Below, in pieces: positions 1-11,008 of a stretch of 64,000 nt of DNA (position 1 is the first letter of the stretch; every line of letters begins with the position of its first letter). The stretch is taken from contig CAWGMQ010000005.1 in NCBI GenBank assembly GCA_963823665.1, forward strand, positions 1,664,001 to 1,728,000. Reading direction: 5' to 3'. Below the pieces are notes generated by a model. The model did not search any database and was not told where the DNA came from. It was given only the letters and a program-made list of their open reading frames with translations. The stretch comes from an uncultured Planctomycetota bacterium (GTDB taxonomy: Bacteria; Planctomycetota; Planctomycetia; Isosphaerales; Isosphaeraceae). The translations under genes were made by a program, and so were the position numbers.

Positions 1-364
1 GCTCAAGGCCGATGCGAATACTGTCGGAGTCCATCAGAGTTTCTCGCTGGAACATATCCGCCCTCGCAGCCGACAAGGCAACGAACGGCCCGGAAACCTG
101 GCACTTTCGTGCCAGGGATGCAACAACCATAAATACAGCCGAACGACGGCGCGAGATCCTGTCTCAAACGATCGGGTCAGATTCTTCAATCCTCGCCGCG
201 ACAAATGGACGACGCATTTTGCCTGGACCGATGACGCAACACAGGTCCTGGGCCTGACGGCGATCGGGCGCGCCACCGTGGAAGCCCTGCAGTTGAATCG
301 GGCAGCACTGATCAACCTCCGCGGCGTGTTGATCAAGGCAGGCGAGCATCCGCCCCACGATTAA
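1..364 (+). CDS. HNH endonuclease, 5'-partial, with a frameshift/small deletion near nt 30
   Basis: Frame 1 reads AQGRCEYCRS. Frame 2 continues HQSFSLEHIRPRSRQG..NLALSCQGCNNHK..FNPRRDKWTTHFAW..GLTAIGRATVEALQLNR..GEHPPHD* (TAA 362-364). CxxC/HNH motifs present; not in the ORF track. Confidence 0.8.
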   Translation, partial: LKADANTVGVHQSFSLEHIRPRSRQGNERPGNLALSCQGCNNHKYSRTTARDPVSNDRVRFFNPRRDKWTTHFAWTDDATQVLGLTAIGRATVEALQLNRAALINLRGVLIKAGEHPPHD

Positions 365-426
365 CAGAAACACCGAATGTGCGCTCCGCCAATGCACAGC
401 GAGTTCTGGCGTGGACCAGGGGACCC

Positions 427-790
427 ATCCTAGGGGTCAAACCTCGTTTCAATTTAATTGAGAAGCGGGCCCAAGACGGGGCGCCGGCAATTAACGCCGC
501 GCCGCCCGCTCGAAGACCAACGCAGGCTCGATTCATCTCGCGAGGGAATGCTCGAAGCATCTTCGTCGGCTAGCTATCCGCTCCCGCTCAGATTCTGGTG
601 GCGCACACTGGCAGCTTGTTCCACGCCGGCAAATCCACCGAGCCACCGACAGTCCTCGGAACTCGCATTCTCGACCTCGCCACGGACGCAAAAACACCCA
701 TCCTTTTGTCACGGTCCGCCGCATCCATCCATTCGCGGCTGGCACCGTCCGCGCAAAACCACGGCCTGTGGTTATTCGGAACGCGCTGAA
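427..790 (+). repeat. Bipartite dispersed non-coding element, copy 1
   Basis: 427-465 resembles 2282-2321; 685-790 matches 2498-2603 ungapped at 92/106 nt. Confidence 0.85.
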
Positions 791-1443
791 GGCGAGTGCC
801 CGACGCTCGGTAAAACGTAGGTCTCCGAAATCCCCCGCGGCAGAAAGTGGCTATCTGACATCCACACGACGCTCATTTCGTAGGTTGGGAAGTGAACAAG
901 AGCCATTCGCGGCCTTGGTCTTTCCGGGGCGTCGGTGCCACTTCCGGCTGCCACCGTAACGCATGTTGCGACAGTGCGTAGCACGTGATCTCGACAGCCT
1001 CTCCGCAGGCATGCCCTCTCTTATCTCCTCGACTTTGCCTTCTTCCGTGATAGTGTGGACGTTTTCTTGACCAGGACCAGCCGTTCCGCGTTCTCGAGCG
1101 ACTTCACCGCGGTCTTGATAAGGTAAAAGACCCTGGGTAAGCGCACGCAAGTTTTCGGGTAGTCCTGCCGGAATTCTGTTGAGCCTTGTGCTCGAGATGA
1201 TGTCTACAACAGAGGCTCATGTGGCAATCGTGCCCACCTTACCAGCCCTCATGAGTCGTTTTGAGGGAACCCTGATCCCGATCAATTTCCGTTCATGACG
1301 AGCCTGACACCGAAATTACGCAATTGGCTCATAATCAGTGTACATATGTTGACTAACGGCCGATAAGTCGTTCCAATGTGCTGCTTGAGCGGCCGCGGCA
1401 GAAGCAGCTTCAACAACCAGATAACGATCTCAAGGAGATTCCC

Positions 1444-1943
1444 GTGTCGTACGCTGAAACGGTGTTGCCCGAGTTCGATCAGGAAATGGCAAACACTCGC
1501 AAGGTGATCGAACGGATTCCGGACGACAAGCTCGCCTGGCAGCCTCATCCCAAGTCGCGCACCATTGGCTGGAACGCCAATCATCTGGCGAACCTGCCTG
1601 ATTGGGCCGTGCATACGCTCGCGACCTCTTCGCTGGATATTGCCCCGGTCGGAGGCAAGCGCTTCGAGTCGCCGAACTTCGCGAGCCGGAAGGAGATTCT
1701 TGAGCTTTTCGACAAGAACGTCGCGGCAGCGCGAGCGGCGATCGCGGCGGCGAAAGACGAAGACATGGCCGGCATGTGGACGTTACTGGCCGGTGGGAAT
1801 CCAATCTTCACGATGCCGCGTTCAGCCGTCATCCGGTCAGTTGTGCTGAATCACATGATTCACCATCGGCGCACCTGTGCGTCTATCTCCGCCTGAACGA
1901 CATCCCGGTTCCCGGCATGTATGGACCGTCGGGTGATGAGTGA
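1444..1943 (+). CDS. DinB/YfiT family protein (frameshift near 1869)
   Basis: GTG after AAGGAG. EFDQEMANTRKVIERIP..WQPHPKS..NHMIHHR; the shifted frame gives AHLCVYLRLNDIPVPGMYGPSGDE*. Confidence 0.85.
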
Positions 1944-2000
1944 AGTGGTTCCCGGGAACCCGCCCACACATCCCCCCAGCAGTCACAAAAACGACGAAGA

Positions 2001-2179
2001 TCACTGCTCCACATGTGGGGGGTGTTCACCCAGAGTGCGCCACATTCGGCGCACCCGAATCATTTGCGTCCGATTCATCCGCAACACCGCTATGGTTGCC
2101 CGGTCAGCCAGTGTCAGTCCGACAATGCTTCCAACTCGCCGGTGCTCAAGACAATCAGTATTTCGGGGTCTTCGTTCAT
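2001..2179 (-). pseudogene. Deletion-fused remnant: N-terminus of a small gene joined to the C-terminus of an HNH endonuclease
   Basis: Minus strand MNEDPEILIVLSTGELEALSD overlaps IVGLTLADRATIAVLRMNRTQMIRVRRMWRTLGEHPPHVEQ*, which aligns with the C-terminus of the HNH at 1-364. Confidence 0.7.
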
Positions 2180-2281
2180 CGCAAGCCCTCTGGGACTCAC
2201 AATCGGCTCTAACCGCTTAAGCCTCAATTGTGAATAAGATTGCTCCGGAGAAGCCAGTCACCCACCCTCTGGAGTCAGTTT

Positions 2282-2603
2282 ATCCTTGGGGGTCAGACCC
2301 ATTTTCAATTTAATTCAGAAGGCGGCCAACCACGGTAGTGCCGAGCGCAAGTTGCAAAGCGTCCATCGAGACGGTCAGGCCCCGAGTAGGTCTTACCCCG
2401 TCGAACCGGTTCCCAGCGGAAAGAGTCGCCGGGCCCAGATATCGGTCCGCCTTCCCACCGCCTGGTCCGATAAGAGCCGGGTGACGAAGGAAGCAGTGAC
2501 GCTAAGACACCCATCCTTTTGTCACAGTCCCCAGCATCCATTCATTCGCGGCTCGCACGTTCGGCGCAAAACAACGGCCACTGGTTATTCGGAACGCGCA
2601 GAA
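2282..2603 (+). repeat. Bipartite dispersed non-coding element, copy 2
   Basis: Same two conserved blocks as 427-790 with an unrelated interior. Confidence 0.85.
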
Positions 2604-2616
2604 AATGAGGAAATGC

Positions 2617-2644
2617 TTTTTGGTTGCGGCTCTGCCGCGTTGGG
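2617..2644. repeat. REP-like short palindrome (ttggttGCGGCtctGCCGCgttggg)
   Basis: GCGGC/GCCGC hairpin after ttggtt; partial similar starts near 28160 and 30832. Confidence 0.5.
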
Positions 2645-2969
2645 GATACACGGGAAATGTCACGCGGTCGTGAACTGCCAGAAGCCGTTGTCGATCTCAG
2701 GTTGCCCGATATGATCGATGAGGTTGTCGAGTCAGTCGTGAGGCACGCTCTTGGCGGCCGAACGTCCCGGACTGACGGTCGAACGAAGTGTAAAGGGTGA
2801 ATATCGGGTTCGGCTTGGCGTTCGCTGACCAATCGATTCAGGACTTACGTCGGGACCGAGATGTAACGGGTCAACTAGTAATCAGACTTGTCAGGTGGGC
2901 GCTGGGCCGATGGGATACTCTCTGACCAGCAACGGTTCGAGGGCCAGTCGTTTTCGAGGGAGATTCAAT

Positions 2970-3218
2970 ATGCCGGGCATCGGTACGTAGGTGACGGCGA
3001 TCGGCCTGATCATGATCCTGGTGGGCCATTTCTGGATCGTTGTCGTGGCGTTCCAGGAGAGCTTACTATGGGGTGCGGCGAGCCTGCGCGTACCCATCGT
3101 CGTCATTGGTTTCGTCATCTCCCACTGGGACAGGGTCGCCAAGCCATTCGGCCTCTAAATCGTAGGGTGGCTCACCAAGCTGCTGGGAGCGGCACTCACG
3201 GGCGGGGCATACAGCTAG
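2970..3218 (+). pseudogene. Small membrane protein with two in-frame stops
   Basis: RBS GAGGGAG; MPGIGT*VTAIGLIMILVGHFWIVVVAFQESLLWGAASLRVPIVVIGFVISHWDRVAKPFGL*IVGWLTKLLGAALTGGAYS*. Confidence 0.65.
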
Positions 3219-3283
3219 TCGGCGGTCCATTCTTGATCGACGAGCCATGAGGGGCACGTTGACGGAATGACGTTGGGAGCAAC

Positions 3284-3727
3284 ATGATGCATTGGCGGAC
3301 GTGGATGCTCGTCGGTGCGACTGGCGCCGTGTACTTGAACCTTAACTTGGTAGCGAGCCCAGGTACCGGGCCCCGTCGTGCGCCGAAGCCCCCTGGCTCA
3401 GAGCTCGAGCGATTTTTCGGCTGGCCCGCAACCTACCGCGCCGAGTTGTGGGAATCCGACGATCCGCGGATGGCCGACTGGTATGCGGGCTCGGCCTGGA
3501 TGTCCGATCCCTCCCCTCACATGACTTTGCTGGCCCGAAGGTTCGGACTGCGCGCCGCTGCGGTGGATCTACTATTCGCCGTGGTTATCCTGACCATGAC
3601 GGGGGTGGCGAGCGAGGGTTCGCGGAGGCGAGAACTGCGTCGAAGGGATTTCGCGGTTCTCCTCGCATGCGTGTCGATCCTCGCCGCGGGGTACCTCGCT
3701 TCGGGCTTGGTCGCTGTCTTCCTGTAG
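3284..3727 (+). CDS. Hypothetical membrane protein
   Basis: GGAG RBS, three hydrophobic segments, FGWP motif. Confidence 0.65.
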   Translation: MMHWRTWMLVGATGAVYLNLNLVASPGTGPRRAPKPPGSELERFFGWPATYRAELWESDDPRMADWYAGSAWMSDPSPHMTLLARRFGLRAAAVDLLFAVVILTMTGVASEGSRRRELRRRDFAVLLACVSILAAGYLASGLVAVFL

Positions 3728-3917
3728 CCCCAAGTGATCAGCGCCAAACCTCGCGCTGAGTTGGCCCAGGCTGTTTCCCGTCCTCTCGAGGTGATTGAGC
3801 AGCCCTACTCATCGCTTCCAGAACTGCCACCAGCGTGTAGGATAACCTCACATGAGCGGGTCGCCACCGAATCCACCGGATTGAATTCCCTGCACTCCGG
3901 CGAAAGGACTGAATTTG

Positions 3918-5525
3918 ATGCCCGATGTTACGAGCCTGATTCTCTGCATTAGCTTCATGGTCGTCATCGCCTTGGTAGTCATTTGCCGAAGCCGTATAGG
4001 TTCCGTAGGTTCCCGGCTCTTCGTCCTCGGCAAGCAGCGTCACAAGCAGGGACAGTACGCCGAGGCGGAGCGGCTGTTTCGTAGGGCCTTGGAGATGCGC
4101 GAGAAGGCTCTCAGACCTGACCACCCGCACGTGGCTGTGGTCCTGAACAGCCTGGGAATGACGTACCACGCCCAGGCCAGGTACGCCGAAGCGGAGGCTT
4201 GCTTTGACCGATGCCTGGAGATCTTCGAGCGCACCCCTGACCAGAACCTCCCCGATCTGGCCCGTACCCTCAGCAACGTTGGAACTCTTCAGAAGGACCA
4301 GGAAAGGTATCCCGAAGCCGAGTCGAGCCATCGGCGTGCGGTGAAGATCCTTGAATCGGTCCTGGGACCGAACCACCCCGACCTGGCGTCGGCATTGAAC
4401 AACCTGGCCGAGACTTACCGAGTCTTGGGTCGCCCTGACGAGGCAGAGCCGCTCCTTCGCCGGGCGATCGCCATCCGTGAGGAGTCAAACGGACCGGACG
4501 ATCCTGGGTTGGTCCCGCACCTTAACATCCTCGCTGACTTGTGTCGTGGACTTGCCCGCTATCCGGAGGCCGAGCTGCTGTACTTGCGGGCACTCTCGAT
4601 CCAGGAGCGTGCGCAGGGGGCAGGACACCCGCTGATGGTGTCGCTTATGAACAACTTGGCCGTTCTCCGTCACGACCAGGGACGATACGGCGAGGCGGAA
4701 GCCATTCAGCGGCGGTCCCTGGCACAGAGGGAGCAGGTATCTGGGCCGGGGCACCCGAACACGGCGAGCGCCCTTAACAACATGGCTGTCCTGCTCATGA
4801 ACCAGGCCCGTTATGCCGAGGCCGAGCCGTTCTACAAACGGGCTCTGGAAGTCTGGGAGACGTCCCTGGGGCCGAACAGCGTCCAGACCGCACGAAGTAT
4901 GCAAAACCTCGCACAGCTTTACACCAAATGGGGGCGTTACGCCGAGGCGGAGCGGCTTTCACGCCACTCACTCGCCGTGTTGGAAGAAGCCCAAGGATCG
5001 GAGCACAATGTCGGGCTGGCCTTGAATAACCTGGGCAAGTTAATCGTCAAGCGGGGCCAGCACCACGAAGCCGAAGGACTTTACCGGAGGTCATTGGAAA
5101 TCAGTGAGAGGCTACACGGGGACGACCATCCGACGGTGGCGGTCACGCTTCACAACCTTTCCGAACTTCGGCGTCTTCAGGGTCGGCTTGACGAAGCAGA
5201 GTCCCTTGGCTGGCGTTCTCTCGGAATCTGGGAGAAACGGCGGACGGGCGATCACAAGTTGATGGCTGCCTGCCTTGGCAATTTGGCCGAACTTCGGCTG
5301 GCCCAAGGTCGTACGGAGGAAGCAGAGTCCATAGCAAGACGCTGCTTGGGGATGCGGGAACGTTGTCTGGGCACAGGCCACCCCCAAGTGGCCGAGGCGC
5401 TGAGGATCGTGGCCGCTATTCTGCGGGCAAGAGGACGGGATACGGAGGCGGTGCCGCTCCAAACACGTGCGGTAGTGATCATGGGGACTATCGACGCCAA
5501 ACCTGACTCGGGTGCGATCGGTTGA
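3918..5525 (+). CDS. Tetratricopeptide repeat protein (kinesin-light-chain-like) with N-terminal TM helix
   Basis: About 11 repeats of HPxxAxxLNNLA..Y..QGRY.EAE.LY.RAL. Confidence 0.92.
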   Translation: MPDVTSLILCISFMVVIALVVICRSRIGSVGSRLFVLGKQRHKQGQYAEAERLFRRALEMREKALRPDHPHVAVVLNSLGMTYHAQARYAEAEACFDRCLEIFERTPDQNLPDLARTLSNVGTLQKDQERYPEAESSHRRAVKILESVLGPNHPDLASALNNLAETYRVLGRPDEAEPLLRRAIAIREESNGPDDPGLVPHLNILADLCRGLARYPEAELLYLRALSIQERAQGAGHPLMVSLMNNLAVLRHDQGRYGEAEAIQRRSLAQREQVSGPGHPNTASALNNMAVLLMNQARYAEAEPFYKRALEVWETSLGPNSVQTARSMQNLAQLYTKWGRYAEAERLSRHSLAVLEEAQGSEHNVGLALNNLGKLIVKRGQHHEAEGLYRRSLEISERLHGDDHPTVAVTLHNLSELRRLQGRLDEAESLGWRSLGIWEKRRTGDHKLMAACLGNLAELRLAQGRTEEAESIARRCLGMRERCLGTGHPQVAEALRIVAAILRARGRDTEAVPLQTRAVVIMGTIDAKPDSGAIG

Positions 5526-5538
5526 CTGTTCGTCGATC

Positions 5539-5563
5539 GAACTCATTCTCGACCTCGCCACGG
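5539..5563 (+). repeat. Third, partial copy related to the element at 427-790
   Basis: gaactcattctcgacctcgccacgg vs gaactcgcattctcgacctcgccacgg (659-685). Confidence 0.65.
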
Positions 5564-5660
5564 GCGACTGCTCGGCTCGCCATTGATGAGGCACGGTTCT
5601 TTCACGTAGCCTGTGAGCAGGTTGACGGATGATCGCATACGCAGTTTGATGGAAATCTCG

Positions 5661-5990
5661 ATGGAAACAGCGACCCGCTGGTATCACCTCGTCGCCTACT
5701 TCTTCGGCGGGGCCTTTCTCGCGAACACGATCCCCCATCTGGTGAACGGCATCTCGGGTCTCCCGTTCCAGAGCCCATTTGCATCGCCGCCAGGACAAGG
5801 CTTGTCATCGTCGACGGTCAACGTCCTCTGGGGCATGTTCAACCTGGCAGTGGCTTACGGACTGATCGTCCGCGTTGGTCGTTTCGAACTGCGACAAACG
5901 AGGCATATGTTCGTCCTCACACTCGGCGCGCTCCTCATGGCGCTGAGCCTGGCGCGCCATTTCGGTCAATTTCACGGCGGGCTCCGCTGA
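5661..5990 (+). CDS. Conserved hypothetical membrane protein
   Basis: WYHLVAYFFGGAFLANTIPHLVNG..FQSPFASPPGQGLSS..NVLWG; three TM segments; start uncertain. Confidence 0.75.
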   Translation: METATRWYHLVAYFFGGAFLANTIPHLVNGISGLPFQSPFASPPGQGLSSSTVNVLWGMFNLAVAYGLIVRVGRFELRQTRHMFVLTLGALLMALSLARHFGQFHGGLR

Positions 5991-6078
5991 AGTCCAACCG
6001 CAAGCGCTGAGCAGTTGCCACGGCTCATTCCTCGTCGTCGTCCTCTTCGAGCTCGCTCGGCTTCGCGAACCCGATGTA

Positions 6079-6146
6079 ATGGGAGCCAGGTCTTCAGGGA
6101 TTGCCCCACGCTCGTCCCGCCTCCCCGGCCCGTCCAATCGAGCAGC
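6079..6146 (-). mobile_element. Fragment of a RAYT-like (Y1 HUH) transposase C-terminal region, copy A
   Basis: LLDWTGR/RRDERGAIPEDLAP; 59/63 nt identical to 34954-35016 in inverted orientation. Confidence 0.7.
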
Positions 6147-6235
6147 ATGACAACCTGAAACCCGTCAAATTGAACACACGCCGTTCAACTGAACATGATC
6201 ACCGTGTCTGCATGTTCTATTCGCGCCTTTTCCAC

Positions 6236-6432
6236 CTTGGCGCCTTTGCGCCTTTGCGTGAGCCCATCTCCGCTTATCTCTCCGTGCCTTTGACTTCCTC
6301 GTTCCGTGTATCTCTTTACGCCTTTCTCCACTCCGCGCCTTTGCGTGAGCCCCATGCGCGTGTCTTCGCCCTTTCTTCGCCCTTCTCTTCGGTCTTCGCC
6401 CTTCTCTCCGCCCTTCCCGTCTTCGCCCCTCC
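6236..6432. repeat. Pyrimidine-rich REP-like repeat cluster
   Basis: gcgcctttgcgtgagccc occurs twice (about 6248 and 6335), followed by several tandem (t)cttcgccct units at 6363-6430. Confidence 0.7.
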
Positions 6433-6528
6433 GCCATTCGCACGATTTTCCCTCGTTGCAACAATCGGCGCCGGCTATCATAGGAGGGCGATCAAAAACC
6501 TCCAATTGATCCACGATTCGGGCGTCTC

Positions 6529-7870
6529 ATGCCAACTCTCGAAATCGGAAGCTTCCAGTCTCACACGTGCCAGGGGATGACCCGCCGCGCGTTTCTTTCT
6601 GCGGGCGTGGCAGCACCATTCGCATTGGCATCGTCCGCGCACGCAAGATCGAACCTGGTAGCCGAAGCCCCTCGCAGCCAAATCAATCTTGCTGGTATGG
6701 CTCGGTGGCGGGCCGAGCCATCTTGACCTCTTTGACCCCAAGCCCAAGGCGCCCATCGAATACCGCGGTCCGTTCGCCACAATTGCCACCCGATCCCCCG
6801 GCGTGCGATACACCGAGCTCTTGCCCAAACTGGCAGCCCGCTCACACAAGTTCTCGCTGATTCGAAGCAATGTCAATTTTCACGACGGCCATCGCGAGGC
6901 AGGCTCGATTGCGCTGACTGGTGCGCAGGCCGCGGCCGCGATCTATCCGCCCAATTTTGGCTCGATCGTCGCCCGGAAGCGCGGCCATGACGCACTCCCC
7001 CGTTTCATCTCGCTCACTCGCGGCCCGATTGGCGATGGCGTCGGCCCCATTCAGGGCTACGGTGGCGGAACCTGGGGCAAGGCGTACGACCCATTCCTGG
7101 TCGGCTGCACCGAGCGCGGGCAGGTTGAAATCCCGAGCTTGAAGCTCGCAGAGGGCCTCAGCCCCGAACGCCTGACCGATCGACGATTCCTGCTCGCGGA
7201 GATCGACCGGGTGCGGCGCGATGCCGATGGTGGCACCTACGAAATTTGGGACCACCTGCAAAAGCGAGCCTATGCGCTGCTCACCTCGCCCGCGGGGATC
7301 GCCGCACTCGATCTCTCGCGAGAAAGCCCTGCCACACGCACAGCCTATGGTCAAACGTCCTTCGGTCAAAGTTGCCTGCTCGGTCGACGACTCGTGGAGG
7401 CCGGTGTCCCGTACGTCCAGGTCAACTGGAGCCGATTTGTTGAAGTGTTTTATCCTTTCTCTGATTACGGCTGGGATACGCACGCCGATAACTTCGGCTT
7501 GATCGCCGACTGGCACTCGCCCCTTTTCGACAGGGTGTTTTCCACGCTCATCGACGACCTGGATGATCGCGGGCTGCTCGAGACGACGCTGGTCGTTTGC
7601 ATGGGTGAATTCGGCCGCACGCCGCGCATCAATGAAATCGGCTCGCGCGACCACTGGCACTCTTGCTACTTCTCGCTCTGGGCCGGTGCTGGTGTTCAAT
7701 CGGGCCGCACCATCGGTGAGAGCGACGCCCGCGGCGAGCACCCTGTCACCGACCCCATCACTCCGGCCATGGTTGGTGCAACCATCCTCGAGCTTGCCGG
7801 CATCAATTCTGCCACCCGCGCCGAGCTTCGCATCCTGCCGGAAGGACGTGTGGTGCATGAATTGCTCTGA
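6529..7870 (+). CDS. DUF1501 domain protein with Tat-like leader (frameshift near 6676)
   Basis: MTRRAFL leader, then KSILLVWLGGGPSHLDLFDPKP, FGQSCLLGRRLVEAGV, WDTH, GEFGRTPRIN, RDHW. Confidence 0.9.
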
Positions 7871-8778
7871 GCGAATCTCTCCGCGCCCCGCTGTCCTCAA
7901 AATCATGGCAGTCGCGCTCGCATTCGCCGTAGGAAGTGCCGCGCGCGGACGAGCCGGTGAGGCTGACAACCGATGGAGCTCTCAAGCTCGCGCCGGTCGT
8001 CGTCGAGAATGGCAAAGAAGTGATCTTCGCAACGCATGAGGCACCCAACCTGGTCGCCATCGTGCGCCTCACATTGAGCGACGGCTCTCGTCGACGTATG
8101 CATCCCGCGGTTGTCAATCACCAGTTCGACCCGGCCGTCTCACCCGACGGCCACTTGCATGCGTACGCAAGGTCAGCAACGGCACCCCAGATGGTGTTGG
8201 TCATCCAGGATCTCCGCGACAAGAAAGAATCGGTCTTCCGTCCCCGCGAATCACGCGCGACGGTTCGCAACCCGTCGTTCGCACCGAACGGCACACGCGT
8301 CGTATTCAGTCTCTCGGATATCGGTGGCCATCAGATCAGCTCGGTCAACAAAGAGGCACAGGATCTGAAGGCGCTCACAAACGCGCCCGGTATGAATGCG
8401 TGGCCCGCTTTCTCGCCCGATGGACGGAGAATCTGCTTCGGCTCGAGCAGAACCGGCGACTTCGAGATCTATGTGATGAACGCCGACGGGTCGAGTCCTG
8501 AGCGACTGACACGAAGCCCGGGGCTCGACGTCCGCCCTGCCTGGTCGCCCGATGGATCCCGCATCGCATTCGCCAGCAACCGTGACGGAAACTACGAGAT
8601 CTACGTGATGAATGCCGACGGCTCGAATCAGCAGAACGCGACAGGGCACCCCGCGCGCGACGACCATCCCGCGTGGCATCCTGACGGGCGATTGGTCTTC
8701 GTGTCCGACCGAGACGGCGGGTCAGACCTTTACTTGATGAGCATCGCGCGTGAAGCTCGCGTGTCTGTGGTACCTTGA
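7857..8778 (+). CDS. TolB-like PD40 beta-propeller protein (frameshift near 7945 after the signal peptide)
   Basis: Repeated PAWSPDG.RIAFASNRDGN.EIYVMNADG; signal peptide MNCSE..AVALAFAVGSAAR lies in the upstream frame. Confidence 0.88.
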
Positions 8779-8813
8779 TCGACTCCTTCGTCGCCCGTGG
8801 AGAACGCAATCCC

Positions 8814-9164
8814 ATGAACGTCGCCTCCAAGTTCCTCCGCCGTGACCCAACCGAAGTCACCCCCTGGGCAGAGACCTGCGGTCAGATCCGGCCTCTGGTC
8901 GAAGAAAAAGACGGGGCAGCCGCCGAGATTCACCACGTCGAGATCGGCGACGCCAAGCTCCACCTTCACGAGCGAACCGACGAATTCTATTATGTCGTCG
9001 ACGGTCGTGGCACGATGGTTCTGGACGACGAAAGCATGGAGCTTCATCCCGGCGTCGTCGTGTACGTGCCCAGAGGCACCCCGCACAAAGCCATCGGTAA
9101 GCTCACAATACTGACGGTGTGCATCCCGCCGGGAGTTTTGCACGATATCCACGAATTGGAATGA
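8814..9164 (+). CDS. Cupin domain protein
   Basis: LHLHERTDEFYYVVDGRG..VYVPRGTPH cupin motifs. Confidence 0.88.
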   Translation: MNVASKFLRRDPTEVTPWAETCGQIRPLVEEKDGAAAEIHHVEIGDAKLHLHERTDEFYYVVDGRGTMVLDDESMELHPGVVVYVPRGTPHKAIGKLTILTVCIPPGVLHDIHELE

Positions 9165-9171
9165 CCCCATC

Positions 9172-10985
9172 ATGACCGACCGCCGAGCGAATTTCCCATC
9201 AACCCAGATGCTTCCCACGGTTGGCTTGCGCATCAGGCCGGCGATCCACGCGGTCGCGCTTGCGTGGTTATTTTTCCAAACGAGTGCCGGCGCCAGACCG
9301 TGGATCACTCTCAAAAGGCTCCGGCGGTCCAGATTCGTGTCAGCTTCAAGAAGGACATCCGCAATACGCCACTCGATGGTCGGCTGCTCGTCATGTTCTC
9401 GACGGATCCCAAGGACGAACCGCGCTTCCAGATCAACGACGGGCCCAAGACGCAGCAGATCTTCGGCCTCGACGTCAATGATCTTCAGCCCGATGCGGAG
9501 ATCGCCGTCGATTCGTCCGCGCTGGGATACCCGCTGGAAAACCTGCATCTCCTTCCTGCCGGCAAATATCGAGTTCAGGCATTGATTCATCTGTACGAGA
9601 CCGTGCACCGTAGCGACGGCCACACACTCAAGATTCCCATGGATCGCGGCGAAGGCCAGCAGTGGAACAAGGCCCCCGGCAATCTCTTTAGCACGCCCCA
9701 GGAAGTGACGATCGAGCCGGGCTCGGGCTCCGTCACACCGGTCATCATTCACATCGACAAGGTGATTCCCCCAATCCCAGAGCCCGAGACGACGCGGTAC
9801 ATCAAGCACGAACGAATCCAGAGCGATCTCCTCACGAAGTTCTGGGGACGGCCCATGCATCTGGGCGCTCACATCCTCCTGCCCGAGGGTTTTGACAGTC
9901 ATCCGAACGCGCGCTACCCGCTCGTCATTTTCCACGGCCACTTTCCCCAAACGTTCGGCGGTTTCCGCGAGCAGCCTCCCGACGAGAACCTCAAGCCCGA
10001 CTACAGCGAGCGCTTTCATCTCTCGGGCTACAACAAGATCGTCCAGGATCACGCTTACCGGTTCTACAAGGAATGGACCGGCCCGAACTACCCGCGCATG
10101 ATCATTATCGAAATCCAACATGCGAATCCATTCTACGATGATTCGTACGCCGTGAACTCGGCCAACCTCGGACCATACGGCGATGCGATCACCTACGAGC
10201 TGATTCCCTTTATCGAGAAGAAATACCGCTGCCTGGGTTCCGGCTGGGCGCGATTCCTCTACGGCGGCTCGACCGGCGGCTGGGAGGCGCTGGCGGCCCA
10301 GATCTTCTATCCCAAGGAATATAACGGATGCTACGCGGCCTGCCCCGACCCGATCGACTTCCGCGCCTATACCGTCGTTGATATCTACAAGGACAAGAAC
10401 GCTTATCGCGACGAAGGACCCTTTCACTCCGTCAAACGCCCGGGCGCTCGCAATTACCTCGGTCAGATTTCTTCGACCCTCGAAGATTCCAACCACCACG
10501 AGCTTGCCCTCGGCACCAAGAGCCGTTCCGGCCAGCAATGGGATATCTGGCAGGCCGTCTACTCTCCCGTCGGGCCCGATGGCTATCCCAAGCCGATCTG
10601 GGACAAGCACACCGGCGTCATCGATCCTGAAGTGGCGCAATACTGGAAGGAGCACTACGACCTGCGTGCGATCGCCGAGCGCGATTGGCCCAAGATCGGC
10701 AAAGACCTTGACGGCAAGATCAACATCTACGTCGGCGACATGGACACTTTTTACCTCAATAACGCCGTCTACTTGATGGAAGAGTTTCTCAAGAAAGCGA
10801 CCAATCCACCCTATGGCGGCGAGGTGCTCTACGGCGATCGGGCCGAGCACTGCTGGAACGGCGACCCCAAACAGCCCAACGCAATCAGCCGGTTGCGCTA
10901 TCACCAGATGTACGCGCCGAAAATCGTCGAGCGTCTCCTGAAGACCGCCCCTCCCGGTGGGGACGTCACGAGCTGGCGATACTGA
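9172..10985 (+). CDS. Secreted putative esterase / alpha-beta hydrolase (frameshift near 9294)
   Basis: GGSTGGW nucleophile elbow, LLPEGF..YP, DSYAVNSANLGPYGDA; signal peptide in the upstream frame. Confidence 0.8.
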
Positions 10986-11008
10986 CCCGGCCATCGAGGA
11001 CACGAAGA

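Noticed and set aside
458..820. ORFs 458-820 and 2286-2714 sharing HPSFCH..GYSERAE as a protein family
   Set aside because: The shared peptide comes from the nucleotide repeat; most differences in this frame are non-synonymous
6236..6432. CRISPR array
   Set aside because: Repeats are short and degenerate without regular unique spacers; no cas genes
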